10,970 bases of DNA from Planctomycetota bacterium. GTDB taxonomy: Bacteria; Planctomycetota; SZUA-567; H5-PLA8. Location of the stretch: assembly GCA_045863855.1 (NCBI GenBank), contig BTVV01000169.1, forward strand, positions 1 to 10,970. The letters run 5' to 3'. The translations under genes and the position numbers were made by a program. Below the pieces are notes generated by a model. That model searched no databases and was not told where the DNA came from. It saw only the letters and a program-made list of their open reading frames with translations. Shown in pieces: positions 1 to 6,100 of this stretch. How positions within the stretch are numbered: the stretch's first letter is position 1; every line of letters begins with the position of its first letter.

Positions 1-1959
1 GTCGAGCTGCTGCGGGTACACCTTGCGCTGCACCACCGCTTCCACCACTTCGAAGTCCTTGGGCATGTCGCGGATCGTGAGCAGCGCGTTCTTGAACTTC
101 CAGTGCGCCAGGCCCAGGTCCCAGATCCACAGCGTCTGCTTGTGCTTCTCGCCCGGCCAGACCAGCTCGAAGCTCAGTTCCAGCCCTTCCCGCGCGATGT
201 TGACTTCGTAGATGCCGGCGCTCAGCGGCGGGCCGATCCGTTCGGCCTTCGCCTGCAGCGTCGCCGCCACGCCCGGCTGATTCGCCCGCAGATGCACATC
301 CACCGGCGCGACGATCGCCAGCCGGCCCGACTGGATCTCCAGCAGGAACGGGATCTGGCTGTCGGTGCTGAACAGACCCACGCGCAGCGGATGCTCCAGA
401 CCCTCCGGATCGAACTTCAGGCGCAGCTTGGCGCGGAAGTCCCCGATGATCGTCCGCGCGGCCGGACTGACCAGATTCTGCGGCGGGTATACCGTGCGCG
501 TGCCGCTCTCCGTCTTCTCCAGCATCTGCACGCGCGGGTGCTGGAACCCCTGCGCGTACTGTTCGGCGTCCTCGCGGTGCAGTTCGTCGCCGTCCGCGAT
601 GGGGAACCACCAGATCGGCTTCCACGTCGGCGGCTTGGTCTCCAGGCGGCTCCTCAAAATCTCGAGCTGCTCCGCACCCTGCTGCTGCGCCTGCCGCGCG
701 CGCTGAATCTCCCACGTCGAGACGCCCACCGCGATCAGCACCGTCGCCACCGCGGTCAGGAACCAGGTATTCTGCTTCACCAGCCGGCCCAGCGAACGCA
801 GCAGCCCCACCGGACGCGCGCGAATCGCCTCACCGCTGCGGAAGCGCTGGATGTCGTCGCGCAGTTCCTCCGACGAGGCGTAACGGTTGCGCGGATCCTT
901 CTCCAAGCACTTCATCACGATCGTCTGGATATCGCGGTGAATCTTCGGGTTGAGCTGCCGCGGCGGGCGCACCGGCTCGTTGATCACCGCCACCACCACT
1001 TCCAGCAGCGACCGCCCCGCGAAGGGCGGCCGTCCGGTGAGCATCTCGTACAGCACCGCGCCCAGCGCGTACCCGTCGCTGCGCGCGTCGATCTTCTCCA
1101 CTTCGCCGCGCGCCTGCTCCGGCGGCATGTACGCCGGCGTCCCCAGCGTCGTCCCCGACTGCGTGTACTGCGTGTCCAGATCGACCTGCTTGGCCAGGCC
1201 GAAATCGGTCACGTGCGGCGTCCCCGCCGGATCGACGATGATGTTCGACGGCTTGATGTCGCGGTGGATCACGCCCGCCTGATGCGCCACCCGCATCGCG
1301 TCGGCCAGCGTCTCCGCGATCTGCAGCGCCATCGGGATCGAGACCTGCTTGTCCGCGATCAGCCGCGAAAGCGGCGAGCCTTCCACGAACTCCATCGCGA
1401 AATAGTGGTGCCCGCCCTCCTCGCCGATCTCGTAGATCGGCACGATCGCCGCGTGCTTCAGCTTCGCCGCCGCCTTCGCCTCGCGCTGGAAGCGCGCCAC
1501 CGCCTCGGGCGAGGCGTGCGTGCCGGCCAGCAGCACCTTCAGCGCCACCACCCGGTCGAGCCCGCGCTGCCGCGCGCGGTACACCACCCCGAAACTCCCG
1601 CGGCTGATCTCTTCGACGATCTCGTAGTTGCCGAATATCTTGCCCGCGCCCGGTCCCGTCTTCGAGCCGCGGCGGCTGCCTTCCTGCGGAGCTTCGCGAA
1701 CCGGCGTCTTGCCGTCCTTGAAGAGCAGCACCTCCTGCGTCCCGCTCGTGCTGTCCAACGGCGTCGGCTCGTGCGCCGACCCCGAACGCAGGCCCGTCGG
1801 CCGCAGGATCGTGCTGCCCTTGCCCGCTCGGTCGTCGGGGTTCGCATCCGCGGGACGCGCCGACGAACCCGGCGCGGGCGGAACGGTATCCGCGGCGGGA
1901 TCGTAGCTCGATCCGCCGGCCGTGCCTTCCTCCGCGTTCGGTTCGTGCGCCTGCGCCAA
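1..1959 (-). CDS. Membrane-anchored Hanks-type Ser/Thr protein kinase (3' end truncated by the window edge)
   Basis: Manual minus-strand translation is open from TTG at 1959 (GGGAG 9 nt upstream; in-frame TAG at 2001-1999) to position 1. Motifs: YEIVEEISRGSFGVVY, VALKVL, RFQREA, HRDIKPSN, TDFGLAK, GTPAYMPPEQ, LYEMLTGRPPF, KCLEKDPRNRY. A TM helix follows (WFLTAVATVLIAVGVSTW, ~765-712), then a beta-rich C-terminal region. The N-terminal ~110 aa are low-complexity. The start codon is less certain than the product. Confidence 0.95.
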   Translation of the reverse strand, partial: MAQAHEPNAEEGTAGGSSYDPAADTVPPAPGSSARPADANPDDRAGKGSTILRPTGLRSGSAHEPTPLDSTSGTQEVLLFKDGKTPVREAPQEGSRRGSKTGPGAGKIFGNYEIVEEISRGSFGVVYRARQRGLDRVVALKVLLAGTHASPEAVARFQREAKAAAKLKHAAIVPIYEIGEEGGHHYFAMEFVEGSPLSRLIADKQVSIPMALQIAETLADAMRVAHQAGVIHRDIKPSNIIVDPAGTPHVTDFGLAKQVDLDTQYTQSGTTLGTPAYMPPEQARGEVEKIDARSDGYALGAVLYEMLTGRPPFAGRSLLEVVVAVINEPVRPPRQLNPKIHRDIQTIVMKCLEKDPRNRYASSEELRDDIQRFRSGEAIRARPVGLLRSLGRLVKQNTWFLTAVATVLIAVGVSTWEIQRARQAQQQGAEQLEILRSRLETKPPTWKPIWWFPIADGDELHREDAEQYAQGFQHPRVQMLEKTESGTRTVYPPQNLVSPAARTIIGDFRAKLRLKFDPEGLEHPLRVGLFSTDSQIPFLLEIQSGRLAIVAPVDVHLRANQPGVAATLQAKAERIGPPLSAGIYEVNIAREGLELSFELVWPGEKHKQTLWIWDLGLAHWKFKNALLTIRDMPKDFEVVEAVVQRKVYPQQLD

Positions 1960-2454
1960 GCGACCCGTCTCCCGCCGAATTTCCAGAACGGCTCCCGCCT
2001 ACTTGGTACGCCTCACCCGGCTTTCCGTTGCCGCCGCCATCACTCTATCGCGCCCCTCGCCCCCCGTGCTCCCGGAAGCGGAGTTTCAACCTCTTTGTAT
2101 CGCCTAAACGCGGGCGCGAGCGCATCCGCACCGAAAGCCTCAACAGGCGCCGAAACCGTTCACGCGGACGCTCAGTTAGACGCCGCTCCACGCCCAAGTC
2201 TTGCCGGTGCTTGGTCGGAAGACTCGTATGGAAAAGAGTGCTGCATGTTGCCAATCCTGCCTGGTTCCGGCCGGCTCCTCCTACTTAGAAAGTGTGGCCA
2301 AGAATGGTCACCCGTTCAAAAATCGGCTGAAATCTTGAATACCATCCGGTCGGCAGACGATAAGAACAGTGAACGCGCATGGTGCTGTAGCGCGTTGATA
2401 GGGTGATTCAGTAATGGTGCATAGGGGTTTTGGTTCTAATCGAGCCCTATGTCT

Positions 2455-2600
2455 AGTGGATAACACCCTGATCTTAATCCATCAGGGGATGTGGATAAAT
2501 TGTTATGAGCCCTATTCGCCTATTTTATTATCGAATAAAGCATCATTATCCTAATAAGTCATTGGTCTATGGCGATATTTGTTTTGTTTATTTGACTTCC
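2455..2600. promoter_or_regulatory. DnaA-box-like sites beside an AT-rich tract (candidate oriC or DnaA-regulated region)
   Basis: TGTGGATAA at 2490-2498 is the exact reverse complement of TTATCCACA. AGTGGATAA at 2455-2463 matches 8/9 in the same orientation. 2521-2600 has only 22/80 G+C in an otherwise very GC-rich window. Confidence 0.45.
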
Positions 2601-2622
2601 AGTGGAAAGGTGATATTAAAGT
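2592..2622 (+). promoter_or_regulatory. Putative sigma70-type promoter for the small zinc-ribbon gene
   Basis: TTGACT at 2592-2597, with TG-a-TATTAA (-10 at 2614-2619, 16-nt spacer) or TAAAGT (2617-2622, 19-nt spacer). A/T-rich UP-like tract lies upstream. The inverted repeat TTCCA-G-TGGAA (2597-2607) sits in the spacer. Confidence 0.5.
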
Positions 2623-2709
2623 GAATGTCGCATGAAGGGGTCCTGCGCCTTGTAAAGGCTGGTCTGAAGCTTGCTACTGAAGGAGGAGTGAGGGGGAAAG
2701 GAGGTCGCC

Positions 2710-2874
2710 GTGCGAAAACGCCATCCGTACGAAAACAGGTACTGCAACGCGTGCAAATGCACGACGCGGCATGAGGTGAAGGAATCGAACTTCACCTGCC
2801 TGCGCTGTGGCCTGTTGAAAGTACCGCCGCGCGTCCTGAAGCCCGTGGTTCGGCCGTTGCCGCTTTCGGCTTAA
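2710..2874 (+). CDS. Small zinc-ribbon protein (54 aa, CxxC...CxxC)
   Basis: GTG start follows a near-perfect SD (AAGGAGGT, 2698-2705). Translation: MRKRHPYENRYCNACKCTTRHEVKESNFTCLRCGLLKVPPRVLKPVVRPLPLSA, stop TAA at 2872-2874. It is below the ORF-track length cut-off. Confidence 0.8.
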   Translation: MRKRHPYENRYCNACKCTTRHEVKESNFTCLRCGLLKVPPRVLKPVVRPLPLSA

Positions 2875-3038
2875 CGATTCTGGCTGCGGTTCCGAGGGCT
2901 CGTACGCTTCACGCCGGCGCTGCGCTTTCACGCCCGGTCGACTTCTCACCCACACCCCAGTTCGGCCACGTGCCGCGCGCCACGTCTCACGCTCCAGCAT
3001 AAATGGCTAAACGCTCGGATCGATCCGCCGCGGATTTC

Positions 3039-4052
3039 TTACGCCGTCGGGGCCAGTTCCTGCCGCGTCTGCGCCAGGCTCTTGAGCTGCGCGTGAGGGC
3101 CCAGCATCTTCGGAGCGTCGTTGCGTTCGGCGTAGAACGGCGCCGTCAGCAGCGCGACGCGTTCGCCGAAGGGCGTCCCGACTCCCCCACCGGCCCATTG
3201 CGCCAGCCGCAGCATGAACAGCGGCAGGTGCACCTTCACCTTGAAGCGCCGCTCGGCCTCGATTACGCGATCCAGCAACTCCAGGTGCGTCATCGCTTCC
3301 TGGCCCGCCACGGCGTAAACGCCGGGGCGAAGATCGTCGAGCGAACGCGTGAAGCAGCGCGCGACGCAGCGGCCCAGATCCTCGATATGCAGCGGCTGCA
3401 GCGCCGTATCGCCGTAGCCCCAGACCAGCATGAACGGGCTGCCCTGCCGAGCGGCGTTCAGCGCCGGACCGACCAAGCCGTCGCCCGGGCCCATCAGCGG
3501 CGCGGCGCGCAGCACGAAGTCGGCGATATGCGCGTCCTGGGTCAGCAACTCCGCTTGCACCGCTTCGCGCAGGCACGGCACGCGCGACTTCGAGTCCGCG
3601 GCCACCGTCGAGAGGTACACGATCCGCTCGACCTTGCACGCCTCGCCCGCCGCGATCAGCGCCTTCAGTTCGTCCAGATGCCGCTCGCGCCGCCAGCGTC
3701 GCCCGTTCAGCTCGATCGGCGCCAGCAGCGCCACGCCCCGCGCATCCTGGCAGAGCTTATGCAGATCTTCCGAACGCTCCGGCGAACCGCGCAGCACCTC
3801 CAGCGCGTCGGCCGAAGCCTTGACGCCCTTTAACGCCTCCGCGGTGGTCTCGTCGGGGACCAGCACGCGGACCCGGAAATCGCGGTCCAGCAGCGTCTGG
3901 GCCACGCCAGCCACCACCCACGCTTCGCCCAGCAGCGCGATGCGCGGACCGGCCTCGGTCGGAGCCGCCGCCGGAGCCGCTTCGGGCGCGGGATCGCCAG
4001 GCGTGGCCGGTTCGAGCGGCTCGGACGGTGCGGCGGATGCGGGGTCGCTCAC
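3039..4052 (-). CDS. NAD(P)-binding Rossmann-fold protein, NDUFA9-like atypical SDR/epimerase family with degenerate motifs
   Basis: GTG start with AAGGAG SD 6 nt upstream. Family-like segments: RVRVLV, ACKVERIVYLSTVAA, FVLRAAPLMGPGD, GYGDTALQPLHIEDLGRCV, GVYAVAGQEAMTHLELL. Pro/Ala-rich N-terminal extension. Confidence 0.8.
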   Translation of the reverse strand: MSDPASAAPSEPLEPATPGDPAPEAAPAAAPTEAGPRIALLGEAWVVAGVAQTLLDRDFRVRVLVPDETTAEALKGVKASADALEVLRGSPERSEDLHKLCQDARGVALLAPIELNGRRWRRERHLDELKALIAAGEACKVERIVYLSTVAADSKSRVPCLREAVQAELLTQDAHIADFVLRAAPLMGPGDGLVGPALNAARQGSPFMLVWGYGDTALQPLHIEDLGRCVARCFTRSLDDLRPGVYAVAGQEAMTHLELLDRVIEAERRFKVKVHLPLFMLRLAQWAGGGVGTPFGERVALLTAPFYAERNDAPKMLGPHAQLKSLAQTRQELAPTA

Positions 4053-4092
4053 GTGGAACTCCTTGCGGGGACTGGGACTTCAACCTGCGCCG

Positions 4093-4120
4093 ATTGTATG
4101 GACGCGCCGCCCCGCGGCAA
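4093..4120 (-). promoter_or_regulatory. Putative sigma70 promoter for the NDUFA9-like gene
   Basis: Minus strand TTGCCG (4120-4115), 16-nt spacer, TACAAT (4098-4093), about 40 nt upstream of the GTG start. Confidence 0.5.
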
Positions 4121-4171
4121 GCAGGCGGATAAATTCGATGGATCGGATGCTCCCGTGCGTCGATGCCATAC

Positions 4172-4200
4172 TGGACAGGGGCCCCCGCGGCGAGTATGTT
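4172..4200 (+). promoter_or_regulatory. Putative sigma70 promoter for the small lipoprotein gene
   Basis: TGGACA (4172-4177), 17-nt spacer, TATGTT (4195-4200), 30 nt upstream of ATG 4231. Confidence 0.55.
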
Positions 4201-4230
4201 CGAAGGTGGCTCAAAAATGGGAGTACGGGC

Positions 4231-4371
4231 ATGCGTAAGCTGTTGATGATCCTGGCGTTGCTGGTCGGCTTCGGTTCCATGGCCGGCTGCGGAAGCCGGC
4301 GCGGATCGGCCGAAGTCTATTCCAAGCAGAACCACTACGAGAACGTCGGCGAAATGCCGAAGGGCCAGTAA
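4231..4371 (+). CDS. Small lipoprotein (46 aa)
   Basis: MRKLLMILALLVGFGSMAG-CGSRRGSAEVYSKQNHYENVGEMPKGQ: basic n-region, hydrophobic h-region and lipobox MAG-C. GGGAG SD lies 7 nt upstream, with its own candidate promoter. In the ORF track it is hidden as the tail of 3430..4371. Confidence 0.8.
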   Translation: MRKLLMILALLVGFGSMAGCGSRRGSAEVYSKQNHYENVGEMPKGQ

Positions 4372-4414
4372 TTCCCGAGTGGCCGGCCTGACCCTCCAAT
4401 CGCCATCTACCTAA

Positions 4415-4579
4415 GAGCCGCTAACAAAACCAGCGTCAAGGCGGCTGCGCCGCGCCCGTCAAGCGGGACAACGAAGGCGAAGTGGCCGGATCGGGGCGAG
4501 CATCCGGCGCCTGAGCCTGATGAAGTCCCGCGAAGCACTGCCGCAAGCAAACGGCCGATGGTGGTGTTGCGAGTGGCTC
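4415..4579. mobile_element. MITE (165 bp, non-autonomous, IS5-family/IS1031-like ends)
   Basis: Imperfect terminal inverted repeats GAGCCGCTAACAAAACCAGCGTC vs GAGCCACTCGCAACACCACCATC (17/23 identical). TAA direct repeats flank it (4412-4414, 4580-4582). It has nested internal inverted repeats and is too short to encode a transposase. Confidence 0.7.
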
Positions 4580-4595
4580 TAAGCCCTGAAATGCG

Positions 4596-4624
4596 CGCGC
4601 CCCGCGAGGTCTTCGCGGGGCGCG
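4596..4624. terminator. GC-rich hairpin, probable bidirectional terminator between convergent genes
   Basis: Perfect 12-bp stem CGCGCCCCGCGA/TCGCGGGGCGCG with a 5-nt loop, 27 nt past the stop at 4652. U-tracts are short on both strands. Confidence 0.65.
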
Positions 4625-4651
4625 GGCGTTCGGAGGCCTTACCGGCAGGCT

Positions 4652-5074
4652 TCAGAACCTGAAGAAGGCGTTCAAGTTCAGCCGCGGGCGGTCGTGGTGG
4701 TAGACCTCGCGGTGATGGATCGGCGCCGGCACCCAGACTCGGACGCGGCGGTCTTCGTAGCGCGCCGGGTGGCAGATCTCACGGTAATACCCCGGGCGAA
4801 CCACCACATTGTAATGGCACCCGAACCGGTCGTGGCGGTGTTCGACCACCGGCGGCACCCAGACGCGTTCCGTATGCGCCGGATGCACCAGCACGCGCTC
4901 GATGCGGTATTCGTAATGCCCCGGCGCCCGGTACGTATCGCGATGGTAATGTCCGCCGCCGCCCAAGTTCACGCTCACGAATCCGCCGTCCCGCGCCTGC
5001 GCCGAACTCGGCGTCGCCCCGAAGATCGCCACCGCCAGAGCCAGGCCCATCGTTATCGTCAGTTGGTTGCGCAT
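4652..5074 (-). CDS. Secreted His/Arg/Tyr/Pro-rich small protein with YXWGXW-like repeats (140 aa)
   Basis: ATG at 5074 is preferred because AAAGGAG lies 8 nt upstream. Signal peptide MRNQLTITMGLALAVAIFGATPSSAQA. Repeated units PGHYE, RVWVPP, RPGYY, PARYE, RVWVPA. Confidence 0.8.
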   Translation of the reverse strand: MRNQLTITMGLALAVAIFGATPSSAQARDGGFVSVNLGGGGHYHRDTYRAPGHYEYRIERVLVHPAHTERVWVPPVVEHRHDRFGCHYNVVVRPGYYREICHPARYEDRRVRVWVPAPIHHREVYHHDRPRLNLNAFFRF

Positions 5075-5149
5075 GTCTCTCACTCCTTTTCCCGTTTCCC
5101 GCTTCGTTTTCGGCAGCCCCTGCCGCCCGCTTCCCTCTTCAGCTATATC

Positions 5150-5174
5150 GACGCCAAGGGAGGAGCCCTATTCA
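5150..5174 (-). promoter_or_regulatory. Putative ECF sigma factor promoter
   Basis: Minus strand TGAAT (5174-5170), 16-nt spacer, CGTC (5153-5150), matching the general ECF layout TGAAx-N16-CGTx, about 75 nt upstream of ATG 5074. Confidence 0.4.
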
Positions 5175-5318
5175 GAATATTCTACGTCTACGTAATAATT
5201 TTTCGGAGGCACTAAAATCGTATAAACCATTTACAAAAAGAATGTTATATGAACAACAAAGGATTGTTCAGCGGTCGAACAGGCATCCAAACGGCCGAAA
5301 CGCCGCCCCCTACCTTAA

Positions 5319-6041
5319 TTAGTGGGAGGCCGGGTGCTGCCGCTCCAACCATAGCTCCCGGCCCAGTTTGATCAGCCGGCGCGCCAGCAAGCGCTTGGTC
5401 AGCCGCTGCTGGTTGCCTTCATCTCGAGCGGCGCGCAGGATGCGGAACTCGGCCGCATCGGCGCCCATCGCGGCGGGCGTGTCGAGCACCAGCGCATCGA
5501 GGTTCTTGGTCGTCAGCTTGCGATACGCCTCGCGCAGCCGTTCGGCCGCGCGGGCTTGTTCGGTCGAACCGCGGCCCGTCTCGAGCGCGAAGCCGATCAG
5601 AACCAGGTCCTTGCGCTGCGTCCGCTTCTGCTCGCCCAGTTCGGCCAGGATGTCGTGCGTTGGCTTCAAGCGCAGGTTCAGGCCGGCCTCGCGCTTTTTC
5701 AGCTTCGCGTTCGACGGCGCTTCGACCGTGAAATCCGCCACCGCGGCGGACATCACCACCACTTGAGCGTCCTGGAGATACCGCTGCACGCGGCGGTGCA
5801 TCTCGTCGGCCGAGCGGACCGCGACCTTCATCAGCCCCGCCGTACGCGCGGGGAGCGAACGTTCGACTTCCTCCGGCACCGGCCCGTGAATCAGGATCAC
5901 GCGGTGCCCGCCGGCCAGCGCGGCCTGTGCGGTCAAGAATCCCAGCTTCCCCGTCGCGCGGTTGGAGATGAAGCGGACCGGATCGATATCCTCGACCGTG
6001 GGTCCGGCGGTGATCAGGAAGGTCGGCGGGCGCGGCGGCAT
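5319..6041 (-). CDS. coaB: Phosphopantothenate--cysteine ligase (stand-alone CoaB / DFP domain)
   Basis: LITAGPTVEDIDPVRFISNRATGKLG, MSAAVADF, AKLKK, LKPTHDIL, LIGFALET and KLTTKNLD match the C-terminal half of CoaBC. There is no N-terminal flavoprotein CoaC domain. ATG 6041 is preferred (AAGGTGG upstream) over TTG 6077. Confidence 0.9.
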   Translation of the reverse strand: MPPRPPTFLITAGPTVEDIDPVRFISNRATGKLGFLTAQAALAGGHRVILIHGPVPEEVERSLPARTAGLMKVAVRSADEMHRRVQRYLQDAQVVVMSAAVADFTVEAPSNAKLKKREAGLNLRLKPTHDILAELGEQKRTQRKDLVLIGFALETGRGSTEQARAAERLREAYRKLTTKNLDALVLDTPAAMGADAAEFRILRAARDEGNQQRLTKRLLARRLIKLGRELWLERQHPASH

Positions 6042-6100
6042 GCGAACCACCTTAATCGAGCGGCGGCCGGAACCCAAGGCCCTTCAGGCGGCGAACGGCG

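Noticed and set aside
1999..2040. ATG at 2040 in frame with the kinase (MAAATESRVRRTK-TAG): uORF or stop read-through
   Set aside because: No SD and no recoding signal is visible. TTG 1959 with GGGAG explains initiation.
103..2406. 767-aa plus-strand ORF, and nested ORFs 23..211, 365..706, 950..1282, 1539..1847, 1628..1906
   Set aside because: Antisense or alternate-frame shadows of the motif-complete kinase. They are Arg-rich with no recognisable domain, as is typical of high-GC DNA.
2442..2517. CRISPR-like or iteron repeat array
   Set aside because: The repeats are only 8-11 nt, irregularly spaced, and there are no cas or rep genes in the window.
2625..2774. 49-aa plus-strand ORF (MSHEGVLRLVKAG...) overlapping the zinc-ribbon gene
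   Set aside because: No convincing SD or motif; it overlaps a much better supported ORF.
2674..3000. 108-aa minus-strand ORF
   Set aside because: Antisense to the zinc-ribbon gene, with no recognisable features.
3003..4335. ORFs 3003..3833, 3007..3639, 3757..4335 and the N-terminal part of 3430..4371
   Set aside because: Shadow frames of the NDUFA9-like gene. Only the last 46 codons of 3430..4371 have an SD, promoter and lipobox.
4485..4508. GCCGGAT...ATCCGGC resembling an enterobacterial REP
   Set aside because: Single occurrence, internal to the MITE, with no RAYT gene in the window.
4517..4535. CTGATGA as a hammerhead ribozyme core
   Set aside because: No stem II followed by GAAA. The flanks are better explained by the MITE's nested inverted repeats.
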